Assembly (NCBI RefSeq): GCF_009914755.1
Contig: NC_060947.1
Reading direction: 5' to 3' (one strand)
From: the human T2T-CHM13v2.0 reference genome, Homo sapiens
Length of the DNA stretch: 64,000 nucleotides
Shown: positions 15,819-33,088 of the stretch, piece by piece
Layout of the letters: each line of letters opens with the position of its first letter
Numbering within the stretch: the first letter of the stretch is position 1
The notes under the pieces: model-generated
What the model was told of the DNA's origin: nothing
What the model saw: only the letters and a program-made list of their open reading frames with translations
The model's database searches: none
Position numbers and translations under genes: made by a program

Positions 15819-16462
<644 letters not shown>

Positions 16463-16930
16463 GTAAGTAACCTATCAAGTAAGACATCAAACTATAAATG
16501 CATGTCTATTTCTGATACATTCTAATTTTAAAAGTTTATAAATTCATTTTCACATCAATTTCAATTGGACGAAGGAGGGAGAAGAAACAATGAACCTACA
16601 CTATCCTCTTTTTCTTTCATGTTAAGAAACAGACACTTTCCCTCTAAATTGTCAGCATAAAGGTTTTAAAAACTATAAAAATTGGGAAACCAATCTGATT
16701 CATCTGGCTATAGATCAAATGAATGTCAGGCCTCAAGAGGGTAATGTGGTAATATCAAACAGGTAGCAAAAAGTATGCATTGAGCACAACCAGGACAGTG
16801 ACAAGAAAATAATTTGGGGATAAATACAGATGCCACATTAAATAGACTATGAAAGATGTAAAACTCAAATCCCCTTTTAAATAAATCTTATCTAAAAGAA
16901 GGATTATAGAAAATGGGAATGTATGATTTT

Positions 16931-16936
16931 TTTAAT
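16931..16936 (-). terminator. Candidate proximal polyadenylation signal ATTAAA
   Basis: ~68 nt after the stop codon, with U-rich sequence downstream. Confidence 0.45.
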
Positions 16937-17003
16937 AAAACAATTCTGCTTCAGTGCAAATATGTAGTCCAAAACAACAAAAAAAGAAAATGTCTTATGT
17001 GAC

Positions 17004-17219
<216 letters not shown>

Positions 17220-19058
17220 CTAAAAAGTAAACACATGAGAAACACGGAGAAAGGTCATTTAACTAGCATAATAACTGAAAATACCAAATACTTTCTAACT
17301 AAGGAGTTTGAAGGATTTGCATTCATTAAAATACTTCTCCCAATTCCTCATACACAGTATAAGTGAAAAAAATTTAGGTAGGAATGCTTTCCTCCCTGTT
17401 GAGCTACCCAGTGCCAGAACAAACAAAAGGCTATAAAATTTCTAATACCATAAACACCATTTTATTTAAAGGAAATAAAATTGTAATGTTTCATTTGTCA
17501 TTTTGAAGGGAAGAAAGGGAAGGTTAAAATGTAAACAGGTGATATTTTCTGTAATCAGCAAATATTCAAATCAAAAGCACTGTTATTTACAGAGACTTAA
17601 AAGATTTAAAAATAATATCCTTAAATCCTTATGTGTACTTTGAAATAAAAAAGATTTCATAAAATAAAAAAGATTTAATGAAAATGAAAAGTTTACTTCT
17701 TCCAGTGGCTATTTTTGTTAACAATGGTTATTAAACTTAACACTGCAAAGATTTGGTGGTATAGATTCCAAACTCTCATCTACAATTAATTTGTTTCTTG
17801 ATAGCTACGGTTAACCATGCTGAGAGACAAAAGGACTTCTGTCACTTTTACTGGTATTCCTGGTAACAAGACTTTTACAATAAACCCTTAAGTAAAATAA
17901 CTGAAATGTCTGTGCCTACATTTAAGTATTTACATGTAAGGTTATACCACTATTCCTTGATTTATTCATTTCTGGCATTATCTACTAACTTCCTACTATG
18001 GAATACGGAGATTCAACACTCATACTATCCCACATTCCCACTACTACATCATATACTCTCCTAATAACATCAGTTACATCACAAATTTTGATTCAGTGTT
18101 TACCTTATTACGACTTTGTAAGTATTCCCTGCTTAGCTAAGTAGGTACTAGGATTTTATATTTATTTTCTTATATAGTCTTTTAATTCTCCTAGACTTAG
18201 TAACTTCCTTGTTTTTTTTTTTCATTTGCTTAGTTTTCTGTGTCACTATTGGAAATCTCTCCAAAGTTTATTACACAATCACAAAACCCTTCTCAACAGT
18301 ATTTTTCTCATAATCAACTACATTAAGTAATCTATTAGTTTATTTCACCTCACCACCCAGAGATATTCCCTTCAGAGCTTTTAGGTTGTTTTCTACATCC
18401 TCAATTCTGAAATTGTATGATAATGTGCCCTGGTACAGCTTTATTTTTCCTTTCCATTCATTGTGGTGGGTACTCAGGCCCTTTCAATCTAGAAACTCTT
18501 GCTCTGAAGTTCTAGACACTTTTTTGGTATTACTTTCTACGGCAAAAACCACAATAACTTTTGTACCAACCTACTATTTGACAATTTCCTCCCCTGTTTC
18601 TGGCCTCTCTAGAACTACCACTAGTCAGATGTTGGACTTTTTAGATAAATTCTCTTGTTTTCTGATCTTTTCTCTATATTCTCTTTCTTTTGGAGATTTC
18701 CTTGACTTTATTTCAGCAAAGACATTTCTCATTTCAAAAATCTTGTTCTCAGGTCATTCCTTTATTTATTTATTCACCAAATCCATTTTAAAATTTTGAA
18801 ATATTTCAAGAGTGACACAATGAACAACTTTATATGCTTCTCCTAGTTTGGCAACCATTATTTTTTCCTACATTTGCTTTCTCCACCTCACCTTCTCTCT
18901 ATATATACATGATTTTTTTGCTACACAATCTGAGAATGAGCTGCAGACATCATTACACTTCACCCCTAAATATTTCATTAGCATGTATCTCCTAAAAACA
19001 AAGACATTCTCCTACATTACTGAAATACAACTATACCACACTCAGGAAATTTAACAAT

Positions 19059-19237
19059 GGCCGGCCATGGTGGCTCATGCCTGTAATCCCAGTTCTTTGG
19101 GAGGCCGAGATGAGAGGATTGCTTGAGCCCAGGAGTTTGAGACTAGCCTGGGCAACATGATGAGACACCCCCCCGCCCATCTCTACCAAAAAAAAAAAAA
19201 AAAAAAAAAAAAACAACCAAAAAACACACACAAAAAA
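19059..19237 (+). mobile_element. FLAM/AluJ left monomer
   Basis: ggattgcttgagcccaggagtttgagactagcctgggcaacatg followed by a long A tail. Confidence 0.85.
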
Positions 19238-19480
19238 CTGAACAGTGATACGATATTCTTATTTAACATACAGTCCATATTCAAACTTCATCAATTGTAC
19301 CAATAATGTCCTTTATACTTTTTTTCCATCTAGGATCCAATCAGGATCAACACATTGAATTTATAACAGCTTCGTTCTAGTCTGTGTGTGTTTGTGACAT
19401 TGATATTTCTAAAATGTCCAGTCCTGTTTTTAAAAGACTGCCCTTCAATTTGTATTTGTCTAGTTGTTTCTGATTATTAG

Positions 19481-19651
<171 letters not shown>

Positions 19652-21018
19652 TAATACATCTTCAGTGCATTACATCAGGAGGTACATGAGTTCAATTTGC
19701 TCCATTACTGATATTAGGTTTGATCAATTGGTTAAGGTGACATCTACCAGTTTCTCTATTTCTCTATTTTCAAGGTATTTTTTCTCTAATTAGTAAGTAA
19801 CCTATGGTAATTTCAAACCGTGCAAATATTCTAGCCTCAATAGCTTTATACCATATGGTTTCAGCAACCAGTGAGGACCCTTACCTGAATCAATTATTAC
19901 AATGGTGGCTGTAAAGTGTGATTTTCTGAATTTGTAATTCCTTTTACATTTCACGTGTTAGTTGGCTTTCTTCCTAAAGGGGAATTGTCCCTTTCCCCTT
20001 GATAATTTTTGTTTTAGCAGTATCATCATGGATGCTTAGATGTTTTTTATTTAATGTATTATAATTAGTGTCATTACTCTTTTTATGCCCCAATTGGCTA
20101 GTGGGAGCTCATTCAAAATGGTTCCTTTGTCCTCATGACTTGTGTTCATTAGTTCCCCTGACCCAGATCGGGAATCAACTACTTCTCCAAAAAGTCTTGG
20201 CTCCTTTTAGTGAGGAACAGTATTTAGTGCCCAAGATCTGGGTGCCAAGTATACCCATTACTACTGGGTTTTCACAGCTTCTAGGCCTCTTCAGTGAATA
20301 GAGTTGGGACATTTTTTTTAAATCATAAATTCAGACTGATAATACTATTCCAATATATCGCAAGGTTCTCCTCTTCCTTGCCAATTCCATATTTTTATCT
20401 TTCTTCTCCAAGAGATCTGTTTCCCAACATCAATGTATTTACTCATAAGCTCAATCTTACACTATACACAAAAATAGTCTCAAAATGGTTACCCCCACAC
20501 TACTACCAACAATACACTAGGTTCAAATTTCCTTTGGGTTATTTTTGTCTTTATAATATATTCCACTAAGGGTATATAATCAAAGTAATATATTCAAAAG
20601 TTACTTGGCTTAATTCTATTTTTCTTCTGTGTGGTTATGTTAGCAATTTTATATGCAATTCGTTTTACTTCTTTCTGTTTGTATTCAATTTTTATTTTTC
20701 CCCATCCTTGTTGATTTAATTTTATTTTTGAAGGTATAAAAACACTAAGCATGGTTCAAAAGTAAAAGAAATATTAAAACTTCATTCTCTTTTCCGTATC
20801 TCTTCTAACCCTTTGTACCCACATCCCATAGGCAGCCAATTGCTTTAGTTTCTAGTTTATCCTTTGAGTTTCTTTTTGCAAAAATAAGCAGATATACATA
20901 TATTCCTTTTTCCTTATCTTCTTTGCAAAAGGTAGCATGCTATATTCTCTTTTGTATCTTACTTTTTTTTTTCACTTACCAATATATTCTACAGATCATG
21001 CCATATAAGTTTCCTTTA

Positions 21019-21134
21019 CTTTTTTTTTTTTAATTTTTGGAGACAGAGTCTCGCTATGTTGTCCAGGCTGGTCTCCACCTCCTGGGCTCAAGTCATCCTC
21101 TTGCCTCAGTCTCCCAAGTGGCTGGGATTACAGG
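21019..21134 (-). mobile_element. Truncated FLAM-type Alu monomer
   Basis: gagacagagtctcgctatgttgtccaggctggtctc...gctgggattacagg. Confidence 0.8.
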
Positions 21135-22365
21135 TTACTTTTTTTTTCTTCTGTCCTTATTTTAGAAATACTGTATTTTCCACAATCTCTGAGCATATTA
21201 AGAAAGTCTACATTTTCCATTGAGTTCCTTTTTTCTCTGTTTTGGAGGTCTATCCACTGACATTTAAGAATAGAGCATTGAAAGGCTGACCGGAAGCTCT
21301 GTGTGCATCAATATGCCTTTCTAAACCACTGGACTTCATGGTAGGATGATTATGTAGATATCTGGACATTTTGTTGGGGTTCTCAAATACAAATATCTTT
21401 TTTTTTTTTCCTGGGGCTGCTTTTGTTTCTCCAGAGAAGAATCCTCCTATTATTTGCTGATGAGTTAAGGAGTAGTGATGGTAAAAATAAACAACTGGTT
21501 GGCAAAGTTCTTGGAGCCAGTGGCACAAGAGGGTCTGTGGTCCTATCCTTTGGTATGTTTTGATTTTCAGTTAATCTCTCCCTTCATTGTTAATGTGCCT
21601 GGTGGTCTGCTTGTGTCCAAAGCCAGTAATTTCCTGATAAGTAAATCTCCAGACTCTTGCTAAGGTTAGGAAGGAGTATAAACACCAGGCTGTGGGGGTG
21701 AGAAAGGGACCTGGGAACTTTATTTCTTATGTAGTCTTACACTTAATTCTGTTACTTTCAACCTCATGCTTATCGCCACTTTTCATCATATCTGGTGCCT
21801 TTAATTCCTGAGCCTTTTCAGGGGTCTACAACATGAATCAACTTGCTTTTTTTTAAATTGATGTCTCTCTCTTTTGACACACAACTTTTTAGCTCTGCTA
21901 ATCTGTCTACTTACCAGTTTCCCCCAATTTGCTGGTATCTCTTGTCCACTGTTACTCCTTCTCCTATTATCTTTGTCCTTACGGCTGTATACTTATTATG
22001 CTTATTTTATTTCTTCACTTTCATTTTAGTATGGTTAGGGGAAGAAGAGATAAACAAATGTATCCAACCTTCCATGTTTAACTAGAAGTTCCCTAGATAT
22101 GCCGTCTTAACATTAACACTACTACAAGAAATTGCTGACAGAACACAGGAGGTGACAGATTATTAGTCAAAGCTAAGGTCATATTAGTTTCACTAGAAAA
22201 TGAAAATCTGTTATCTTCATAATCAGACAACTATAGAATCATCAAATTATGAATAATAAAGAGATTCTTGTTTAGATACAGTTGCTATGATCATTAATAA
22301 ATTAGGTCCAATTATAACCCAAAACCCAAGTGGCAATGGTGTAAAATAAGTGTATAGATACTGTG

Positions 22366-22418
22366 AATTACATGGCATGAGGCAGGTAATTACATGGCAT
22401 GAGGCAGGTAATCACATG
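22366..22418. repeat. 22-bp tandem duplication
   Basis: aattacatggcatgaggcaggt x2 (perfect) plus partial aatcacatg. Confidence 0.9.
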
Positions 22419-22827
22419 CCTGCTAACGTATTTTAACAACTTCTATTTGTAATAAAAGGCTATTACTACTTGGCTGCATAGAATCAGAAAGCTTATAAAA
22501 AAGTAGCAGATTTTATTTAAGATTCTTGAACATCAATGATATAATAAGGTATTATTTACAAAATTTCCCATTTAAGACATTCTGGTACAACCATACTGGA
22601 AAAATCAGTTTGGTAATGAATATAAATATTTAAGAACAAACCAACAGAAAGGCCTAGGGTCACAAGTATGTAAGCAACTTATGAAGGTAATAGTATACAA
22701 ACCACAACACTGAATACCCTATAAGAAATGTTAGTGGAGTGAAAAAGTCCCTTTAAATAGCTCAATATACAGACAGTACATGAGAATGCTTCTCTCTAAA
22801 CTCTTAGTACACAGGTTTTCAAAATGT

Positions 22828-23118
22828 GACCAGGTGTGATGGTTCACGCCTGTAATCCCAGCGCACTTTGGGAGTCTAAGGTGGGCGGATCACCTGAGCT
22901 CAGGAGTTTAAGACCAGCCTGGGCAACATGGTGAAACCCTATCTCTACAAAAAATTAGCTAGGTGTGTGGCACATGCCTGTATAGTCCCAGCTACTTGGG
23001 GGGCTGAGGTGGGAGGATTGCTTGAGCCCAGGAGTTCGAGGCTGCAGTGAGCCGAGATCGCGCCACTGTACTCCTGGGTGACAAAGTAAGACCCTGCCTC
23101 AAAAAGGAAAAAAAAAAA
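22828..23118 (+). mobile_element. AluJ-like element
   Basis: Right arm gggaggattgcttgagcccaggagttcgaggctgcagtgagc (J-type). Confidence 0.88.
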
Positions 23119-23826
23119 CCAAAATGATAAAGAATTGAAGATATATTTATTAGAAGGGAAAAATAATTACAGAAAAGGCTGAATGCAGGGTGGAAAACTG
23201 CATAATGTTAGAAATAATCAAATACTAGAGGGGTGTGGGGAGAAGAGGTCCTTACAGAAAGAAGAAAAGAAAAATTATTGCAATTTTCAAATCTACCCAT
23301 CACAATAGTGGTACTCTGATTTGTCTAGACTTTTACAGTATACTCATATAGTAATTCCCTTAGAAGAGATAAAGCAGGCTATCTTTTTTCTTACTTTCCC
23401 GAAAAGGAAAAACATAAAATAAAAATGACCATGTTTGAAAATGACCACTTTATTTTATGGTAATTTTCTTTTAACCATCAAGGGTATGTGCAGGTATTAG
23501 AAAAACAAAAACATATAATACAGCAAAGACACCAAGCAAAGAGTCTATTCAGAGCAAAACTGAAGGCAGAAAAGTTATTTTATATATGCACCATTGAAAA
23601 ACCTGCTTCTATCGTGAAGATTTAATGCTTTCCTGATTAAACTTTTGCTTATAATACTTTAATAAAGAGTGAGTTAATATACTTTATTCCTTCTTGGAAG
23701 TGACATGCATTATTTCCAATCAAAAGGGGCTAAAAACAGAATCGTAACAGGATTCAGTCTCAACCAAATAATGTAAGAAACAATATTTAAGCTTCTTGTA
23801 TCTATAACAATTTCCAGTGTTCCTCA

Positions 23827-24093
<267 letters not shown>

Positions 24094-25949
24094 TTATACT
24101 GATACCAAATATTAGACCTAATCTAATATCTGCTAAAAGGAAGAGGAGAAAGCAAAAAGAGAAGGCAACTATGATCACATTATCGTGGAAAAAAATTCTT
24201 AGGCAACATTTCTCCAAGTTACAAAATCTGGGAGAAAGTAGATATTTTCTATACAAGTACAAATAAACAACTCTTGTGATATCAGGAACATAGCCACATA
24301 TAATGTTTACCAATGAGAACAAAACTAAAATGAGGAGAGACTTAAGTGACAGGACACAGAGAAATTCAAAATAATCCAGAGATAGGGAGATTCAAAGAGT
24401 ATAGGAACATTTGCTTTTCCTTAGTTCAAACTCAGTGGACAGAAGGGGAAACAATGATAACTGTATATTTTTAACTGCAGAAACCTCTTTTTCAAAAGCA
24501 TTCTGACTTCCTAACGCATCCGGGAAATACATTTTTGTTTATTCCCTGTAAAGTATAAGAGTTGTACATATATTCAGCTATACTTGGAAACCTGGGTCTA
24601 AGTACAGCAAGCTAGATGGAAATAGCAGTGTGGGGGATGGGGATATACCCAAATTTCCTACAGATATTTCTGAACATTTTATTTATTAAAGGAATAAAAT
24701 TATCAAGAGCAGATGGTTACCCAGGAAAAGATCTTATTTTACTAGGGCAGACTGATAATAAGGTACAAGGCCAATACTAAGAAAGCCTGTTATGTTTGTG
24801 AGGACTCCTTTTTTAACCTTTAACAACTTAAACTCTGACATCCTACTGAAGACTCTGGACTTTTTAAAAAGGCCCATTAAAATTTACCACATCTTCTAAT
24901 AACTCCTCCCCTTGGCGGGTTGTCTATTGGCTCTTAATGGGTTATGCTCTCTGACATAATAAAGCTGTGTGACTCAAATAATGACTGTTGGTAGGTCTTT
25001 TAGTTTGTGGTAGTATGACACATTTTTAGGTAAAAAGTTCTTATAAGCATGTTCCTATTTTTCCTGTGAATGGGGTCTGGTCCTGCTTATGGGTCACTTT
25101 AAATATATGCTAACCAATTCACTTCAAAATTAAATTGCTTTAAATATGCTGCAGATCAAACAATGGGCCCTGAAACTTAACTCCGTATGAAAATATTATG
25201 TCACACAGCCTGCAAAGCTGAATTAGGCCTATCCTTCAACACTAGCTTTATACTATGTATTGAATTAAAAGGTAGTTGAATGAAGGCAATTGACAAATGC
25301 ATCTGCCTATCTTCAGTTCTAGATTAAGGGGATATGATAATGAAATTACCATTGTTGTTGAGACTTTTGTATGTAATGTAAAGATGTTGCTATAAAATCT
25401 AATGCAGCTGTGGGGCAATGTCATTGACATCAGTGTCACATCTTGGTGTTTCATAACACTTCCAGTGAAATGAATACAAATTGATACCAGCACTGCAGGT
25501 TGTGTGTGCCTGACTTGCATCTCATGAGTCGCTCCATGATAAGTGAAAGGCTTTCTGGTATGTACCATGTCACAGGTTTCACAATCACTTCCATGACTAT
25601 TTTAATGAGTGTTAAGTGGCAATAGGAGAGAGACTAAAACTTTCTTCCTTTGTCAGCATATCAGGTGATTCCTACAGCTTTGTAAGATGCAAGGGCAATA
25701 CAACAACAGCATAAGGTATCACATAGTTCCAAAAGGAGACACATTTGCAAATGGACTTAACACTGTGGTATCTCTAGTTCAATACAACCTGGTATTCTTA
25801 CCATCAACACTTGCCATATGGAAAAAGGGGGATAGGCATTTTGCTCTATAGCACTTACTATTGAAGTTTATTCAAAATACAAAGTAATGCAGCCATTTTA
25901 CTGAAACTTCCAAGTAGAAAAGTTAAACATTGAAGAGCTTTATATTTTA

Positions 25950-26081
<132 letters not shown>

Positions 26082-28689
26082 TTACTTTAAGGAAGCATAG
26101 TGCATGCATATTTTATGTTTTTAGTGTTTCCATTGATTACAACCACCAAGTAATACACTGAACATTTCCTTATTCTCCTGATCACAGTTCATTTTACTGA
26201 GTTGTAGAGTTGAAGTTCATATACAATATCTTTTGACAAATTATATTCCCTGAAACATGAATGCACTACTGAATTCTGACTTCATAGCAGGTGGGAAGAA
26301 TGAGAATGAGGCAGTAAGGTAACAACTTTGATTCTACTATTATTCTTCTACCAGAAGCATGCTCATTATATGTTACTTTATATTACAGATAATTCTCAAT
26401 GAACTGCAATCTCAGAAAAATTTCAATGACAGAATTGACAATGCCAAAAAAATCAATATCTGAAACCTGAAACTTGAAGACATTAAACTATGAATAACTG
26501 AATTCGTCTCTTAAGATAAAAAAGTAGCATTCAGCCAGTATTCTCAAGGATTGTTTTTTGATAGAAAGCTATTATTTTCACAGCATTCTTCAAAGTTAAA
26601 GGCATACACTAGATATCTTTTCCTTTATTCAGGTATTTATTATAGGTCTCTAGCATATCAAATTTTTAAAATAGAAAGGATATAGGCCCAGAAAAGTTAA
26701 GTGATTTGCTCAAGGTCACCGAGCAAGAATCTGGACTAGACCCATTTCAGTCCAATGCTCTTCTTATCACAATGTGTAAGCCCACATTTATTCCTAAATA
26801 CAAGAATAAATATTTAGAAAGTATTTCTTAAATAAACAGTGAAAATATGTAGTGAAATGTATAGAAACCTTTATTACTGAGACTACTGTAGGTCTAAGGT
26901 CATCAATCTTATATAGAACTATAGTTGGAAGTACAGAAGATGGTACTCTGCTGACTATGTCCCTTTTGGCTTCTTTTCTTGTCTATTATACATTACCAAT
27001 ATCTGAAAAACATATTTTTCAGCTTATTAGGAAATAAGCTCTATCCATTACCTGGTACATTAAATATTTTTATTTTTACTTATTCTACAATTATTATCTT
27101 TGGCCTATAAAGGGGTTCCTTATTTTTAATATTAGTAAGTTTATATTTATGCTAGCCATACGCTTCCCCACCTCACAGGATCAAAATTCTCCTAACAAGG
27201 CAGGTACCATAAGTACTATCTTCCCGCCTACCTATCAGCCCAGTAGCAGAAAGTTCCTCAAAGAAGTAGATATTCAGAGGAAGGACTAGTTTTGAAGTGC
27301 CTCTCAAATTTCAAGTGGAAACCAACTCAGTTGTAATTCTATTCAACGGTATTTTGGAACTTGGAGAAGAAATGTCTGTTTATTCTCTAACATAATTATT
27401 AGCATAGATGATAAATAATAAATTGCTCATTTTGAGAGGTTTGGTTATAAGGAAATGAGAAATAGGTAAGAATAAAATTTCTTTAGCTATTCCTATCCCT
27501 CAAAGGCATGCAGAAAGGAAAAATAAGATTAGAAAATGGAACACAGCATAGCTGGCTGAGGCAAAGTCATGCATTAAGAGGGCTAGTTCATATTACGTGA
27601 TAAATTAGGGATCGCCAGAATTAGCCAAACGGACACATAATTTGGGGGTGGGCCAGATAACTGGAAATTACTCCTATTAAAAGCAGTAATAAAGTGTAAA
27701 TGTGGACTGGAATGATACTGGCATCTTATACTACCAGGTAATGACCCAATCAACTTAACTTGGAAATAATCTTTGCTTAAAATTTTCTAAACCTAGCCCA
27801 AAACTTTCTAACAGATTGCCAATTCCTGAATAACAGGCCTGTTTATGCTTCATTTTTTTAACTTTCAAATCATTTAGCATAGTAGCTTGCACATAGTGTG
27901 TATCTAATAAATGAAGCCAGTTTATAATGAAGAGGAATGTGGATTCGTTAAAATTCATATAGAGTATTTCTCATTCTATTTTTGCCTTACCTCTATCTAT
28001 AATCGATACATTTCCTGCCCAAACTAAACTAGACATTGCTATACTTTTGAATTCAAATAATTTGGGGGTAAAGAAACATTTTTCTGTGTCCTCCAAAAAA
28101 AAAATCAGTCATTTTAGGGTAATTCATTCTTAAACCTAGCAATCTCATAATTAAACATTTAACAAGAAATGTATAAGCCTCAAAATATCCTTGGCCACAG
28201 AACAAAGGACATGAAAATGAATCTGGCTGTAAGGAAAGTATAGCAGTTAACAGGATCAAATATAAAGAGGTCTCAAGTACTGAAAACATCTTCTAATGAT
28301 CTAGGAAGTTATGATGAGAGATATACACTATTCGTTATCAAATTACTTCTCCCTAACCTTACTACTTTCCCAGGTAAAGAACGATCTTGTTTTTCCTTTA
28401 TCATGAAGATTGTAGATAACAAGTTAGTAATGATCTGAGCATATTTTGATAACTTACTTAATATCAAACACCTACAGTGTTTGCAGCTGCAAGTGAAAAA
28501 AAAAAGACTTGCATGACTTGAGAATAGTTACTAATATGTTGAATTGGTTATAGTGAGGGCTAGGAGATTAGTAACCCAATCAAATGTGACTCAACGAGCA
28601 CTACATTTGAAGTCTCTCATTACATTTTCTAAAAAATGGCTCTGACAAATTAGAGTTTGAAAGAAGTATACAAGAAGGGGGCAGGTCTA

Positions 28690-28905
<216 letters not shown>

Positions 28906-30109
28906 CTATATCTATATATCTCTCTCTATTTATGTTCATTATTAAAAATTCAAATAGTAAAGAGACAAAGGCATAAAGGGTAAAACATGACAGTCCCTTT
29001 CATCATCCCTCATCTGCAAAATCCCATTCCCTTCCCAGGGGTAGTCATCATAAACAATTTAGTGTGCATCATTCCAGACTTCTTCCTGTGAATTTATATA
29101 CCTAAACATATGTTTCTTTCCCCTAACACAAGTATGGTCATTCTACACATATTATTTTGCAATTGCTTTTTTCAGTTAACATATCATAGAGATTGTCCAT
29201 GTCAATAACAGAAAACTAACTCATTCTTTTTAACAGTTGTATATTCCATACTATGGAAATGTCATAATTTATTTATACATTCTCCTACTGATGGACATTA
29301 ATGTGATTTCCAAGTTTATGCTACTACAATGTTGGAATAAAACATTATGTATATGACTTTGTACAACTGTGTGTTTCTGTAAGAATTCCTAGAAGTAGAC
29401 TGATGAGTTTAAAGGTAAGCATACTTTTATCCTTTGATATTATTGCCCAAATGTCTTCTAAATATGGCCCTACCAGCAACCAATAATGTATAAGTACACG
29501 CTAACCAATAGCATATGAGGGTGCCAGTTCCTCATATACTCAGAAACCCTGGATATTAATAATTTTTAGGTGTTGCTATTCTTAGGGGAAAAATGTGTTT
29601 TTTGTTTAAATTAGCATTTCCCTAATTACTAACGAGGTTTGAATATGTTTTCCTATGTTTCTAAGAAGCTTTGACATTGATATTAAAACAGAAAACAAAT
29701 AATTTATGCAATATATATATTTTTGGAGAAAGTTCACTTCAAGCATTCATTTGATATTTCAACTTATTCTCACATGGCACACTAAAGCTAATTTACTTCA
29801 AGTGAGCATCCATCTCCCATTTTTCTTTCAATCTCTAAACGGTTGGAAGGCTATGGTTAGGTGAAATAAAATGACTCCATTTGTTCACATTAACCAGGAT
29901 ACCCATCTTCTTTAACATCATAATCAGACCAAAAATTTCATATATTGCTTTAAATAGTATTTAAATCATTTATATACCTATTAATAAAATTTCTCATATT
30001 GAGACAATACTTAAACTCAATAAGCTCATTGTATAAACAGAAACTGCTTATTTTAAAATAATTTATATTTAGGAAAAAGCTAAATGTGCTAGATGGAAAT
30101 TTTGAAAAT

Positions 30110-30310
30110 ATAAAAACTAATATAAAATAAATACTGATTTTTTTGGTGTAATTTCTGCTAAATGGGTAGATTTTAGCTGCTCTAGTCACAAAAACATGGG
30201 TAACTGTGAGATGATGGACATGTTAATTTGCTTCTCTACAGTAATATAATTATCTATATGTATCTCATAACATCATGTTAGATACCTTAAATATATACAA
30301 TAATGTTTAA
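30110..30310 (+). mobile_element. L1MA-type 3' end fragment
   Basis: gtagattttagctgctct...gtaactgtgagatgatggacatgttaatttgctt...catcatgttagataccttaaatatatacaa. Confidence 0.6.
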
Positions 30311-31101
30311 TAAATTAAACTTTAAATAATCCATATTCCCATCATGTAGCAAGATCTAATATTACATTGATATTTTCTATCTTTTTTCTCTACTGCAATG
30401 TATTCATTTAATATAATAAAATCAGGATATTATATTTTGCTTGCTATCCTCCTTTTTAATACTTTGTATTTGCATATTTTTCATGACAATATTCTTTAAA
30501 AACACAATATTTATGAATGGCTGCATGACTCTGATCCTATAACACTGTAACCATCTACTTACTGTTGGACATTTACATTGTTTCCAACTGATGCTACTAT
30601 AAATAATGCTGTAATGAACATATTTGCATATAAAGACTTGTTCACATCTCTGTTTATTTCCTTACTAAAATTTCCTAGAAGCAGAATTATTGGAATAAAG
30701 GGTATGAATATTTTTCAGGAACTTGATACACACTGCCAATTTGCTTGTCAGGAAAGCTGTATACTTCCACCAGCAAAACAAGAGACTGTCCATTTTACAC
30801 AGCCTTGCCCAAACTGGATATTAGGAATTTCAAAATCCTTACCAATCTGATAGGTGAAAAAATGACACGTATCCTGTTGTTGATTTAATTTATATTGCTA
30901 AGGCCTCCAATGAGGATGAGAGTCTTTCGTTTACTGATGATGTATATTTTCCCTTTGTGAATGTGTTACTTCCCAAAAGGATGAGGATAATTGTTACAAT
31001 GCCCAAAAGAATGGCAGGAATCTATTTACATGGATGAGGACACTGAATCCTAAGTAGTCACAGCTCAGAATCCAGTTCACTTGACACACAGTTTAGATTA
31101 G

Positions 31102-31539
<438 letters not shown>

Positions 31540-32583
31540 TGAGAAAGAACTGGAATTATTAAATTAGATTATCTAATCCAATTTAAATGATACGATTTAT
31601 TTTTTAAATTTATAAATGGTATTGTATATATTTAAGGTATAGAACATGATGTTATGAGATACATATAGATAGTAAAATGATTACTATAGTGAACAAATTA
31701 ACATATCCATCATCTCACACAGTTACCCAATAATTTCTCTAAATGACTCATCCTGACTAACATGTGGGATTTTCAGTGAAAAAGAGGACAGGGGAGAGTC
31801 CATGTGTGCGATCATTTAGGGGACATTTTGCAAGCTACATATCCCCATCCAATCACTCTCTTACAGTTCTTCCTCTCCCCATATTTTGATCCATTCTCCC
31901 AGGGATTTGATTCTGGCTCCAGAAATCAACTTTATAATACATACTAGCTGCAACTAATTCCCAGGTCTCTCTATAAGCTTTCATCATAAAAAAGCTCACA
32001 TCCTATAAGGCTATCTACTTCTTAACTTCTCAGACCTTACTTTGAATTTATTTTCCCTCCAAAGTAACACAGTAAGTGTTTATTAAATGTTTAACATGGG
32101 TTCGGCACTGTGTTTCGTACTGAGGGCAGAGTGGTTAACAAGGCATACAAAATTGAGGATGGCAGACAAGCTACTTTGTAATTATTATAAATCTACTATG
32201 TTGAAAACTGCTCCAAATTACAATAGTAGTTTCCGTTTTCTGAACAATTATGTGATAGACTCGGTATTTTATATTTATTATCTCTAATCCACAATAATTC
32301 TATCCTATAAGATAAATGGCATCCTTATTTTACAGATAAGAAAATGGAGGCCCCAGGCCACACAACTAATGACAATTAGAGATGGGGTTAGAATCCAGGT
32401 CTGTGTTCTTTGTATTCTATTATGCTATCATTCCAGGGCTTCCTATCATGCAGATTTTTCCTTCAAGTTTTTTCTTTTCCTTTTTTAAAAAATCCCTTTT
32501 GATACCAGAATTTCACTGGTAGGGTCTAATACTGACTACTTCAGTAGCATATGTTGATCCCTTGATTCAAACTGTTCTAGTTA

Positions 32584-32793
<210 letters not shown>

Positions 32794-32914
32794 TTATTTA
32801 GCTCCTATTAATGTTAGGAAACCCCAGTTTTAAACCACAGTAATCATTTTGATAAAGAAAGAAATATTACATTGGGAATCATCAGCCTATAATACAGAAT
32901 TTTACAAATAACTA

Positions 32915-33088
<174 letters not shown>

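Noticed and set aside
25795-25872. Strong-looking donor (ATG|GTAAGA) and an AATAAA early in intron 14
   Set aside because: No convincing acceptor pairs with it, and both motifs are frequent in AT-rich introns.
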